From a virus (Duplodnaviria > Caudoviricetes), in the IMG/VR virus record IMGVR_UViG_3300016265_001850, positions 1-24,099 of that record: a DNA stretch of 24,099 nt; one strand, 5' to 3'. Under the pieces are notes generated by a model. It had not been told where the DNA came from, did not search any database, and worked only from the letters and a program-made list of their open reading frames with translations. Shown here in pieces: positions 6,319 through 15,769 of this stretch (position 1 is its first letter; each line of letters starts with the position of its first letter). The position numbers and the translations under genes were made by a program.

Positions 6319-8142
6319 CTAGGTGCCGGTTGCACCCTGCTGCTTGATCGCGTCCTCGGTCTGCCTGGTCCAGCTCGGGCTAGATCCATGCATGATCAAT
6401 ATGTCATCACGGATGGTTTGGTTCTTCTTTTCTATGTTCAGTATGCGCATGAAGCTGTTGGTTATGGTTTGCGTGTAATAGGCAAACGGGTTGGGGGTCT
6501 CGCTCCTGCTTTCGTCGAACTGCAAACCGACCTGAGATAGCTGCAACAGTGCCTGGCTCTTCATCTCGTCTATGTAGGTGTTACCGGTCAGATAGACCTT
6601 GCCACTTCTCCTTGCTAGAAAGCATCCATATTCGGTCTCTGGACACCAAACCATTCCGTCATATGGGACCATTGGCTCATTCGGATGTACGTGCTTCCCT
6701 CGCCCTGTACCTTTCCCGCGGCCGGTCCTGCCGTTTCTTTTTCCACCGTGGAAATCAATGCACTCTACCTTGGTGGTATTCCTCCGTGGGGTAAAGATGT
6801 TTACCTGATAGTATGACGTTGGCTTACCAAACGAGGTGTGATTTTCGACGAAATGTGCGTTAGTCTTAAGACCTGCTAAGGCACATAGTGCTTGAAACAT
6901 GTCCACTCCTGCCTTGTTCTTCTGGCAATACCTCATCTTATGACCGTCTCTCCGTCTATCGCCGTCAATCATGGTATTGATTAGCAGGTGACGTTGAGCT
7001 GATGTTAGATCATTGATGATCTTCGGGGTAAGATTCTTCTCTGGCATTAAAGCATAGATGAACCTAGAATGTTCACGGGATATCGCAAAGCAGATGTTGG
7101 TTTTATCGTTCCGGCTCTCGCTGAATCGATATTCAAGTTCAGTTAGGCAAGCACGGATGCGATCGGCTTGCGTGCCATCATTCTGATATATGGTGATGCG
7201 CTTGATGCCATTGTCGTCGGTCTCATAACAACCTTCAGTTACGATCCAACCAAGCAACTCTACCAATGGATCAGACAAAGGTCCTGATCCACCTGTTGGT
7301 TCGTTGCCCATGAGGATTACCTTATCGTTTTCGAGCAACATCTCAGCGGTAACAAGACCGCGGGTGGTGACCATCTTATGGTTTGGTGTGATCAGAGCGT
7401 CCATGCCGGTAACCGTCAGGTGATGCATGTTACCGGTATAATGACCGCGGTAGATTGATTTGATGGATGACCATTTCATCTGACCATCTGAATACGACAT
7501 GATGCGATCCGACTCGGCGATCTCATCGATGCCTAACCATCCGCGATCTGTCAACGCTTCGGTCTCGGTATCTACACAGTACCCTCGCCAGTTACCACGA
7601 TGTCCGTATCTATCCACCAGCTTCATGAACATTATGGCCAAGCTGTTGGTCATCTTGCCGTGGTCCTTGGAGAAATGGCCGTTTTCGATCCCTCCCTTCC
7701 AATGGCTCTTGAGCACGCATTTCAGGTTGCCGTCCTGCATGATGTAGTGTTGGAATGGTGGGAAATTGCAGCGTATGTGCCTCTCAGCGATGGTCTTGGC
7801 CTTGTCGATCTTTTCCGGATTGATCGGTATGTGCTCGTATGTCATCACCCTGATCACGATCGATTCGATCGGCACGTCGTCAAGGGATGTTGTTGTTTTC
7901 GGATCCTTGATCCCCTCTGTTATCTGTATCTTCCGTTCCGCGACCTGCATCTCGTTTAGGCGCTTTTTCCTTGCTTCCTCCAACCTTTCTGGTGTTATGG
8001 ATTTCAAATCTGCTACTATGAAATCATATCGGGTATGTGCAAGATCGACATAGGAACAATAGGAGATCTTGCTTCGGTGTATTTCTTCCAGCAGATCCTT
8101 GTTGGTTAGATATTTGATTTTCGTTGGAGATATCAATGCCAT
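6319..8142 (-). CDS. gp55: Late-transcription sigma factor (T4 gp55-like), intein-containing precursor; mature protein about 274 aa
   Basis: YLTNKDLL.EI, then NWRGY|TYIDEM (rejoined after intein removal), then QFDE.RS..PNPFAYYTQ.I.NSF.R.LN.EKK.Q.IRD. The gp55-47-46 order matches T4. Start at ATG 8142 (SD AAGGA). Confidence 0.88.
   Translation of the reverse strand: MALISPTKIKYLTNKDLLEEIHRSKISYCSYVDLAHTRYDFIVADLKSITPERLEEARKKRLNEMQVAERKIQITEGIKDPKTTTSLDDVPIESIVIRVMTYEHIPINPEKIDKAKTIAERHIRCNFPPFQHYIMQDGNLKCVLKSHWKGGIENGHFSKDHGKMTNSLAIMFMKLVDRYGHRGNWRGYCVDTETEALTDRGWLGIDEIAESDRIMSYSDGQMKWSSIKSIYRGHYTGNMHHLTVTGMDALITPNHKMVTTRGLVTAEMLLENDKVILMGNEPTGGSGPLSDPLVELLGWIVTEGCYETDDNGIKRITIYQNDGTQADRIRACLTELEYRFSESRNDKTNICFAISREHSRFIYALMPEKNLTPKIINDLTSAQRHLLINTMIDGDRRRDGHKMRYCQKNKAGVDMFQALCALAGLKTNAHFVENHTSFGKPTSYYQVNIFTPRRNTTKVECIDFHGGKRNGRTGRGKGTGRGKHVHPNEPMVPYDGMVWCPETEYGCFLARRSGKVYLTGNTYIDEMKSQALLQLSQVGLQFDESRSETPNPFAYYTQTITNSFMRILNIEKKNQTIRDDILIMHGSSPSWTRQTEDAIKQQGATGT
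6580..7578 (-). mobile_element. Intein (333 aa) with LAGLIDADG homing endonuclease domain
   Basis: Block A CVDTETEALTDRGW, block B ITPNHKM, LAGLIDADG-like LLGWIVTEG and NTMIDGD, block F VWCPETEYGCFLA, block G LTGN followed by the +1 Thr. Confidence 0.93.
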
Positions 8143-8171
8143 GATGGTCCTTGGAGGGTTAAATCTATCCA

Positions 8172-8200
8172 ATTGTAATGATTATTGAGTATTGAGTCAA
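8172..8200 (-). promoter_or_regulatory. Sigma70-type promoter for the gp55-47-46 operon
   Basis: TTGACT, 17-nt spacer, TACAAT, about 30 nt upstream of the gp55 start. Confidence 0.7.
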
Positions 8201-8236
8201 ACCAGATGGTGATTATCATAGGGGGTTTAACTCGAC

Positions 8237-8246
8237 CATAAATATC
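8237..8246 (+). promoter_or_regulatory. T4-like late promoter
   Basis: CATAAATATC (T4 consensus TATAAATA) ahead of the baseplate operon. The same ATAAATATC core precedes gp25. Confidence 0.7.
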
Positions 8247-8278
8247 GACGCAAACAAGGCAGAAAAGGGAATTCCATC

Positions 8279-9259
8279 ATGTCGGGAAGCACCGGTAACA
8301 TACCAACGATGGCAGCTAACCCGTCATCTAGCCAGACAGCAAGTGGCTGGATGACGGAGAAACCGCCGACCAACCCATCATCGTCGCTACCTGCTGGCAG
8401 CGGGCAATCGGTTACCGAATCCGGAATGATGAGGGCGGAATCAATGACACCCGGGTCGTCGCCAGGTAAGATCCAGATAGAGCAGCAATCTCCGGATTTT
8501 TTGAAAAAGATCGGAGAATTTCCGCCGCAAGCTCCGGAGAATCTCAAGGATACGGCCGGAAGGCGGGTTAGGTTGAGGGCAAAACCTGGAGCAACTGCTG
8601 ATGTCTATGGTTTTGGTTTAGCATCGATACTAAATGAAACGAATGGTATGGTCTTCCCTTACCAACCAATGATCACCTACCAGCAAGAGGTGATGTATCA
8701 GAATATTGAGATGGTGCATACCAATCAGGACTTCCTAGCATACACCAGAACGCCTGCGCTGAAACTACAGGTTGAGGGCGAATTTTCGGTCCAAAACCAA
8801 TCAGAGGGTCGATATGCGCTAGCATGCATACATTTTCTACGGATGGTATCCAAGATGTGGTTTGGCGGATCATCGGTTGAGTCTAGAAGGAAACAGGGTA
8901 CACCACCTCCGGTTCTCCTGTTTGATGCATATGGACAATACATGTTCAACCAATTACCGGTCGTGTTGACCCAGTTTTCGGTAACATTACCAAAGGATGT
9001 TGATTACGTTCCTGTAAAGATCGGTAGCGATGGCACCACGGCGCAACCAGCACCCCAGGCCAACGACATATATTCGGCCCTCAGCCTGATAAATTCTAGG
9101 AACATCAGCGACAGCACCAAAGTTGGATACGCATGGCTTCCGGCGGTGTTTTCCATTTCGGTCCAACTAACCGTTCAAAACACTCCGCAACGGCTTCGTG
9201 CGTTTGACATGGCGAAATTCCGAGATGGATGGCTGTTAAAAGGAGGAGGATGGGTATGA
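8279..9259 (+). CDS. Baseplate tail-tube initiator/cap-like protein (gp54/gp48 / contractile injection system tube-like)
   Basis: FPYQP.I..., VHTN, HFLR.VSKM.FG, GTPPPVLLF.AYG.YMFN.LPVV, VDYV; lies directly upstream of gp53. Low-complexity N-terminal ~80 aa. Confidence 0.55.
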   Translation: MSGSTGNIPTMAANPSSSQTASGWMTEKPPTNPSSSLPAGSGQSVTESGMMRAESMTPGSSPGKIQIEQQSPDFLKKIGEFPPQAPENLKDTAGRRVRLRAKPGATADVYGFGLASILNETNGMVFPYQPMITYQQEVMYQNIEMVHTNQDFLAYTRTPALKLQVEGEFSVQNQSEGRYALACIHFLRMVSKMWFGGSSVESRRKQGTPPPVLLFDAYGQYMFNQLPVVLTQFSVTLPKDVDYVPVKIGSDGTTAQPAPQANDIYSALSLINSRNISDSTKVGYAWLPAVFSISVQLTVQNTPQRLRAFDMAKFRDGWLLKGGGWV

Positions 9260-9570
9260 CGAGGGTTACCTATCAATCAACTAGTCCGTACGCAAGCACC
9301 GACCAGGTTGATGTTTATTTGGAATATCTTGATTTTTGGAACGGTCCTTTCGTTTTCCCAAGCTCCTCCGACTCTCGGTATGTGGTGCAGGCAAAATATG
9401 ATCGTCGTCCAGATCTTCTCAGCTATGATCTTTATGGTACGACCGGTTGGTGGTGGATATTCGCCATGAGGAACCCCGATGTCATCAAGGATCCGATATA
9501 CGATCTCAAGGCAGGCATCGAAATCTATGTTCCGAGCAAGAATGAACTTCCGACGAGGTCGGTTACATGA
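9256..9570 (+). CDS. gp53: Baseplate wedge subunit gp53-like (LysM-like)
   Basis: YDRRPDLLSYDLYG...WWWIFAMRNPDVI.DPIYDL.AG..I.VP. ATGA overlap with the upstream stop and AGGAGG SD. Confidence 0.8.
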   Translation: MTRVTYQSTSPYASTDQVDVYLEYLDFWNGPFVFPSSSDSRYVVQAKYDRRPDLLSYDLYGTTGWWWIFAMRNPDVIKDPIYDLKAGIEIYVPSKNELPTRSVT

Positions 9571-12116
9571 GCGATAACCTTGGTAATAACATACCAACGA
9601 CATCGACCCGTATATCACCTGGTCAGTCGTCCGCAACTCTAAACGCAAATCAGTCATCACCGAACTCAATACCGGCCAATCCAATACAGGACATTGCAAC
9701 GGGTATCCAACCGTCACCTAGGTCGATTAATCTAAATGATCAAACCCCTTTGGTATCAAATCTCCTCGAGAGGCAACTATATCTAGGAGCATCCGCAAAT
9801 CAGACCAGATCTGATTTCATGGCACTTGCTGCATCTAGGAACAAGCTGTTCCAGCATGTTCCAAACGTTCTAGATCAATATGCCAATTATACCTATCATA
9901 TACGCTGGAGCCTAACCGATGATATAGCCGGCTCTAGCGTGCAAACTCCGGATGATTTCCGTAACGTAACCAAGACCGTCATTGCCGAAAGCGGAGTAAC
10001 GGCTGGATTTAACATAATCGATTTTGAAATTGAAAATATTTGTGCTCCAAATCCCAGGGTTAGATCGATGTTGCATACCAACTTCAAGATGACCCTAAAG
10101 GAACCATATGGGCTGAGCTTGGTTGACAGGATCTATAGTTTATCCAGGGTAATGGGGGTGAAAAATCATCTAACCAATTCAAGTTTTATCGAGATATGGT
10201 TTACGGGGTACAATGAGGATGGTACCATCGCGACCCCAGAGATGAGCCGGGCCATATACAAGCTGTTCCGGGTTAACATTACCAAATTGGAATCAGATAC
10301 GAAATCCGAGGGAACCACATATAACATCGAGGGTGTGTTTGATGGCATGTATGCCAACAGCGATCACATCGCCGTTGCTCCAGGCGGTGCCAACATTGGC
10401 CCAGTGTCCACCGTGGGTGAATTTTTCGATCAGCTGGCAGAAGTATTGAACCTGCAACAACAAAACCTCCAATATGATTTCCAGCGACGGGTTGAATACA
10501 AGTTCAATGTTCCGATCGATATGAGGAGTTGGAGATTCGGTGGCAATAAGACCGACAGCCAACGAAATGCTAGCATTGACGTGAAATATTCGGCAAATAG
10601 CACCAACCCAACCATTAGCATCGCCGGCGGCATGGACATCAGCACGATCCTGTATTTCGTCATCGCCATGACCGACGATGGAAAAAAATATGTTGCCGGA
10701 GAGAACCGGCAGCCAAACCAACCAAGCTCGGTCCAGGCCGGTAGGAGCCAGGCCAGCATTTCGGCAAATGGTATGGCCAACATATTGGCCATACACAGCC
10801 GAACACAGCTGATAGGGTTCGATTACATCACCAACGATTACATACGGCGGATAACCTATACCTTTACTGAATATCCAACATCGAGAGCGATGATTGATCA
10901 AAACAACGTACAGGCATTGAGCCAGCCTGCGCAGCAAGCCGACAGGCGCCAAACACTGGCCAATTCAGGCAGATACCATAAAAGCTATGATTACATTTTT
11001 ACCGGAATGAACCTAGATGTCATTAGGTTAGATATCAAGCTTGAATGGTTTTGGCAAGCTACCATTCCGACGCAGCTCGGAGAAAACATCTATAGCAACT
11101 TTTCTCCGGGGGCGCAGATCGATCCAAATGGTGTGTCCAGCAACATCCTAAGCAGATATAGGGCAGCAAAATCGAGATTGAGCCGAGCGCAGGCTCGGTT
11201 GGCCTCGGCTGATGCTACCCTTAGTCGATCTGGATTGAGTGTCGCTGAAAGGCAAGCTGCCGAGCAGGATAGAGCTAACGCGAGGATTGAACTTGGTGCG
11301 AGCCAGTCAGAAATCGCACAATTTGGCGACAAGGCCCAGAAATTCCAGATATTGTGGGATGATCAAAGCGCAGGACAACAGGCCGTGCAGAACATATTGG
11401 TTGGTGACGCGGCATTGTTGAATGATCAGACGGTGGCAGCCGATATTCGGAGGAGGCAAGCCTGGATCGGTACGATAAAGGGTCTGGGGAAGGAGATGTA
11501 TCTGGAAGACGTTCGTGTTGAAAACATTTATTCACAACCGTTGATGATAAGCTTCCGGCCAAATCCGGGCAGGATTAGCCAGACCACTGCCATCGGTGGC
11601 GATGGATCCACTGAAAGGACCAGCGCACAGCAGGGCGTTGGAAATCTTCCAAAAAATCGAAGCTTGGTTTCAGCTGTTCTCAATGACGTCATGAGCACTC
11701 CCTATTTTGCGGCGATCGATCTTGATATAAGAGGAGACCCTTATTGGCTAGGTCTTGGAAATATCGAGGAAAATCAACGCATAGGAGATGGTAACAAACC
11801 AATAGATTATACCACCGATGGTGCTTGGTTCTATGGAGGAGAAACAGGCTTTTTCCTAACGTTCCGCACCGGCGAACCGCCAAACGAAAATACCGGATAC
11901 GTGGATTTTACCAATACCAGCATAGCTTTCACCGGTTTGTATAACGTCACCACGGTCAAGAGTGTTTTCAAAAATGGTCAATTCATACAAAGCCTTAAGG
12001 CTGTTAAGGATGCACTGTTGCAACCCCAGTTGGAAACTCCAACACCAACCACAGAATCCTCAACGACCACGGCAAAACCAGTTGCGGCAAGCGGCATGGT
12101 GATTGGCGGAATATGA
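9567..12116 (+). CDS. Baseplate hub protein (gp27 / gpD / VgrG-like)
   Basis: N-terminal NVLDQYANYTY...VIAESG, C-terminal DLDIRGDPYWL and FTGLYNVTTVKSVF.NGQFIQ.L; located between gp53 and gp5. Confidence 0.65.
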   Translation: MSDNLGNNIPTTSTRISPGQSSATLNANQSSPNSIPANPIQDIATGIQPSPRSINLNDQTPLVSNLLERQLYLGASANQTRSDFMALAASRNKLFQHVPNVLDQYANYTYHIRWSLTDDIAGSSVQTPDDFRNVTKTVIAESGVTAGFNIIDFEIENICAPNPRVRSMLHTNFKMTLKEPYGLSLVDRIYSLSRVMGVKNHLTNSSFIEIWFTGYNEDGTIATPEMSRAIYKLFRVNITKLESDTKSEGTTYNIEGVFDGMYANSDHIAVAPGGANIGPVSTVGEFFDQLAEVLNLQQQNLQYDFQRRVEYKFNVPIDMRSWRFGGNKTDSQRNASIDVKYSANSTNPTISIAGGMDISTILYFVIAMTDDGKKYVAGENRQPNQPSSVQAGRSQASISANGMANILAIHSRTQLIGFDYITNDYIRRITYTFTEYPTSRAMIDQNNVQALSQPAQQADRRQTLANSGRYHKSYDYIFTGMNLDVIRLDIKLEWFWQATIPTQLGENIYSNFSPGAQIDPNGVSSNILSRYRAAKSRLSRAQARLASADATLSRSGLSVAERQAAEQDRANARIELGASQSEIAQFGDKAQKFQILWDDQSAGQQAVQNILVGDAALLNDQTVAADIRRRQAWIGTIKGLGKEMYLEDVRVENIYSQPLMISFRPNPGRISQTTAIGGDGSTERTSAQQGVGNLPKNRSLVSAVLNDVMSTPYFAAIDLDIRGDPYWLGLGNIEENQRIGDGNKPIDYTTDGAWFYGGETGFFLTFRTGEPPNENTGYVDFTNTSIAFTGLYNVTTVKSVFKNGQFIQSLKAVKDALLQPQLETPTPTTESSTTTAKPVAASGMVIGGI

Positions 12117-12182
12117 TTTCTTATAAAAGGATCTCCGATTTGTTTTCTATAACGGATCAAGAATGATGAGGCGCACGGACAC

Positions 12183-15100
12183 ATGGTAACCCTATCGAGG
12201 CACGTCAACACACCTGACAGCTACAATCTGGAGCTACCTGGTCGAGCAACCCTGCAGGACAAGCTGTATGTTGGATTCGTCAAGGTAGCCGATGATGTCC
12301 TTCGCATGGGACGGCTCAAGGTATGGATACCGGAACTAAATGGTGATCCAAACGACGAGAATGGTTGGTTTTTGGTTAGCTATTGCGCACCGTTCGCCGG
12401 TGCTACCAACGTTTATGACAACAAGAACGAAAGCACATACGAAGGAACCCAGAAAAGCTATGGCATGTGGTTCGTCCCACCCGACATCAACAACGAGGTG
12501 GTGTGCGCATTCATAAACGGAGATCCGGGACGAGGAATATGGCTGGGTTGCCTTTATCAGCAGTTCATGAACCACATGGTTCCGGGAATACCCGGCCAGG
12601 AATCCACAGCGTCGACGCCGGTTGCCGAATACAACAAGAAGGTTAATAATCCAAATCTAAACGCACCGACCAGACCACCGTACGAACCCCTAGCTGAAGG
12701 CCTTTTGTTGCAGGGACTAAACACCGATACCGTCCGAGGTGTGAGCGATGCTGGTGCCCGCAGGGATGAACCGGCTAACAGCGTTTATGGAATATTGACA
12801 CCGGGCGGGAACCAGGTGGTGTTTGACGATAGTCCCAGCAATGCCTACATCAGGTTGCGCACACAGCATGGTGCGCAGATAATGATCAATGACACCTCCG
12901 GTTTCATCTACCTCAACAGCGTTGACGGTAAGAACTGGATAAGCATGGATGCTACCGGAAAGATCGACGTGTATGCCCAGGATGATATCAGCATTCGAAG
13001 CCAAGGCAGCGTGAACATCCGCGGAGATCTAGACGTAAACATAGAGGCTGGTCGAGATATCAACATGAGGGCCAGAGGAAGGAATATCGGAGCAGGCGTG
13101 GCTACCAATCCGGTCAGTGACACTCCTCCAACCTTGCCGGAGAACGGTAACATTACCGTCATTGGTGATGGTATCGCGGTTGGTACTGGGCAACGGATAA
13201 ACGATGCGGTCGTTGCAGCAACGGTTGGCGACGATTCGTCGGCGATACTCAGCAAGGTACAGGGCAACGAAAGCGTTAAGGGGATGGTAAATGCCATCGT
13301 TAGCGCGGGTAGCGGTGACATCGTTCCTGGTCCAAACGGACAACCCCAGGGTAATTCGACATTGCTTACCCAAAATCTCGGAGCAATACGGACGGCATTG
13401 TCGGCAAATAACTATGTCTGGTTGTTGCCCTACTATGAACCGGCCAAGACGGTGGTTAGATCATTTGCCGATGGCAAGGGTGATAAAACCCTGGACCTCG
13501 GCAAGTATCCAACATCTGATAACTTTTATCCAAGAGATTACGCATTGGTATCCAATGATGCTCAAACCCTTTGTGTGCCAGCGCCAAATACCATAGTTGG
13601 ACCTACCGGTACGGCAGGTGCTGGTAGCTATACCACCGGATATTACAGGACCCTGGCCGATGCCGAAGCCGGTGCTGCCAAGTATCGATCCGCAGCCGAT
13701 TACGTTCGAGCTAATCCAAATTTGTATACCGCTGACGAGCAACGGGCTGCATTTAGGCTTGAGGCAGCGTCAAACGCTGAGGTCCAGAGATTGCAAAACG
13801 AAGGTCAGACCACACCGCAGAGCATACAGGCTGCTCAACCTGGACCAACCGGACCGGTCGCCAACGGAGCGGCCGTGCCTACCTCAGGTACCGCAGGCGC
13901 TACTGGAACGACCGATACCACCGATTGGAGGACCATAGCTGGTCCATTTATCAAGAAGGAGGAAGGCCGGGCAGGCCGGGCGGTTCTCAATGCATATCCA
14001 GATCCGCCGAACAGAACCGATCAATTTTCCATTGGATACGGGCATCTCATCAAGAATGACCTTCGTGCTGGTAGGACCAGCATAAACTGCGGCAATGCAG
14101 GTAGCGTGCCGATACGAGGTCCGTACGGTAAGGATACCGTGATGACCGAGGCACAGGCCGAAGGAGCATTCCAAGTTGACATGGAAACCCTCGGTGCCGC
14201 GGTGGTACAACGGACCATACGAGGAGCATGGGATCTCATTGGCCCTTATCAGAAAGCCGCATTGGTCAGTTATGCTTACAACGTCGGTAATCTCGGACAG
14301 CCGATGTCAAAGGGGTTGACCAATTACATCAATCAGCGTGATATTGAAAATGGTGCGATGACCATACAGACCAGCGCTCTCGGATGGGCAGGCAACCCAA
14401 CCGGATTGACACAGCGCCGGATCAAGGAAGCAAATCTCTACCGAGAACGGCCAGATCTAGCAGGGCAAGGGGGCACGGGAGAGACCGTGGACGGTTATCC
14501 AAGGACTGCCGAGGACGCCAGGGCTACCGCCACGGGTGAACCGGTTTCCCAATCGGATCCAACCATCCAGGGCGGATATGTGAAGATACAAAGCAAGAAC
14601 AGCATGCACTTTTTAAGCGACCAACACCTGTTCATCAGCTCGTCCAGGGATATGCATAGATTGGCCGGCGGCAGCATGTTTGATACGGCAGTGCAAAACG
14701 TCAATCGTGCTGCCGGTGGGTATTCCCACGAAAGCGTCAGGGCTGATTGGAGCGTTGGTTCTGGCCGCAGCATCAACCTCAATGCTCCGCGCATAGACAT
14801 GAATGGTGCAGCGCCTCCGGCGGCCGTTGCTGCTGCACAGGCAGTTGGTCCGGTCGGAGAAAAGCAAACCGATGCGGTGGTCAATTCCATTGGCAATGTC
14901 ATATCGATACTAACTGATACGATACTTCCACACCTTCCATTCCATGAGCCGTATGATAATCACGGCGGAAGGAACTTCGAGAACATACGTGATGCTACCT
15001 CGATCAACACTGACACCGGTCTCAGGGACGGAGAAGTCGTGATCAACAGCAATGATCCCCTTGACATTTACGGAACCCCTCGAAATGAAATGCCGGCAGC

Positions 15101-15731
15101 AACGTATCGAGGTATCGGATACAATTCCAGAAACCAGCCACTTTATCGGTACGAATCTCCGCTTGGTAACGCCGAAATATTATCGGCCAATACATTGAGC
15201 ATCAGCGAAGCAGGCAAGCAGTTCATCAAGGCCAGGGAGAACGGCAGCTATCGTCCAATTACGGTCGGAAACCCTCCGAAACAGGAGATCGGATACGGCC
15301 ATGGCTTGACCCCAGAGGAACTTAGCTCGAAACGGGTGATAATCCGCGGTCTATCAGTGAGCCTGCAGGAGTTCCTTACCCAGCAGCAGATCAACGATCT
15401 CTTTGATCAGGACATCGAAGCCGTGCAAACCTGGATGAAACCGGCCATTACGGCAGGACTCAGCCAGACACAGTACGACATGTTCTGCAGCCTAGCGTTC
15501 AACATTGGAGAGAACAATTTTACCGGATCAGACGCATTGAAGAATTTCAATGAAGGCAACCTTCAAAAGGTACCAAATACCTGGATGCAGCACACTAAGA
15601 ACGCGGCCGGTAAGGTGGTCCAGGGACTGGTTACCCGCCGTAGGGCGGAGGTGGTTAAGTTCATGCAGGGACCGGCGATCGATAACACGGGTGGATCCAG
15701 CAATGCCATGGTTGACACCACCCAGTTCTGA
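12183..15731 (+). CDS. gp5: Baseplate central spike / tail lysozyme gp5-like, with an SGNH-like domain and two GH24 lysozyme domains
   Basis: OB-fold D..RMGRLKVWIPEL...YGMWFVPPD.NNEV..F.NGD and beta-helix repeats. GH24 domains at about 13941-14445 (EEG..YPD..SIGYGH..ALVSYAYNVG..GLTQRRIKE) and 15201-15665 (IKARE..IGYGH..SLAFNIG..GLVTRRRAE). Confidence 0.85.
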   Translation: MVTLSRHVNTPDSYNLELPGRATLQDKLYVGFVKVADDVLRMGRLKVWIPELNGDPNDENGWFLVSYCAPFAGATNVYDNKNESTYEGTQKSYGMWFVPPDINNEVVCAFINGDPGRGIWLGCLYQQFMNHMVPGIPGQESTASTPVAEYNKKVNNPNLNAPTRPPYEPLAEGLLLQGLNTDTVRGVSDAGARRDEPANSVYGILTPGGNQVVFDDSPSNAYIRLRTQHGAQIMINDTSGFIYLNSVDGKNWISMDATGKIDVYAQDDISIRSQGSVNIRGDLDVNIEAGRDINMRARGRNIGAGVATNPVSDTPPTLPENGNITVIGDGIAVGTGQRINDAVVAATVGDDSSAILSKVQGNESVKGMVNAIVSAGSGDIVPGPNGQPQGNSTLLTQNLGAIRTALSANNYVWLLPYYEPAKTVVRSFADGKGDKTLDLGKYPTSDNFYPRDYALVSNDAQTLCVPAPNTIVGPTGTAGAGSYTTGYYRTLADAEAGAAKYRSAADYVRANPNLYTADEQRAAFRLEAASNAEVQRLQNEGQTTPQSIQAAQPGPTGPVANGAAVPTSGTAGATGTTDTTDWRTIAGPFIKKEEGRAGRAVLNAYPDPPNRTDQFSIGYGHLIKNDLRAGRTSINCGNAGSVPIRGPYGKDTVMTEAQAEGAFQVDMETLGAAVVQRTIRGAWDLIGPYQKAALVSYAYNVGNLGQPMSKGLTNYINQRDIENGAMTIQTSALGWAGNPTGLTQRRIKEANLYRERPDLAGQGGTGETVDGYPRTAEDARATATGEPVSQSDPTIQGGYVKIQSKNSMHFLSDQHLFISSSRDMHRLAGGSMFDTAVQNVNRAAGGYSHESVRADWSVGSGRSINLNAPRIDMNGAAPPAAVAAAQAVGPVGEKQTDAVVNSIGNVISILTDTILPHLPFHEPYDNHGGRNFENIRDATSINTDTGLRDGEVVINSNDPLDIYGTPRNEMPAATYRGIGYNSRNQPLYRYESPLGNAEILSANTLSISEAGKQFIKARENGSYRPITVGNPPKQEIGYGHGLTPEELSSKRVIIRGLSVSLQEFLTQQQINDLFDQDIEAVQTWMKPAITAGLSQTQYDMFCSLAFNIGENNFTGSDALKNFNEGNLQKVPNTWMQHTKNAAGKVVQGLVTRRRAEVVKFMQGPAIDNTGGSSNAMVDTTQF

Positions 15732-15769
15732 GATCAGGCCCAATTTGGGCCAGGGGACGTAGCCCAAAA

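Noticed and set aside
8215-8222. ATCATAGG match between the putative guide (1871-1849) and the gp55/late promoter region
   Set aside because: Only 8 nt, expected by chance in 24 kb.
15737-15751. Terminator between convergent gp5 and SNF2 genes (GGCCCAA-T-TTGGGCC)
   Set aside because: The palindrome is real but has no U-tract on either strand, so it is not called.
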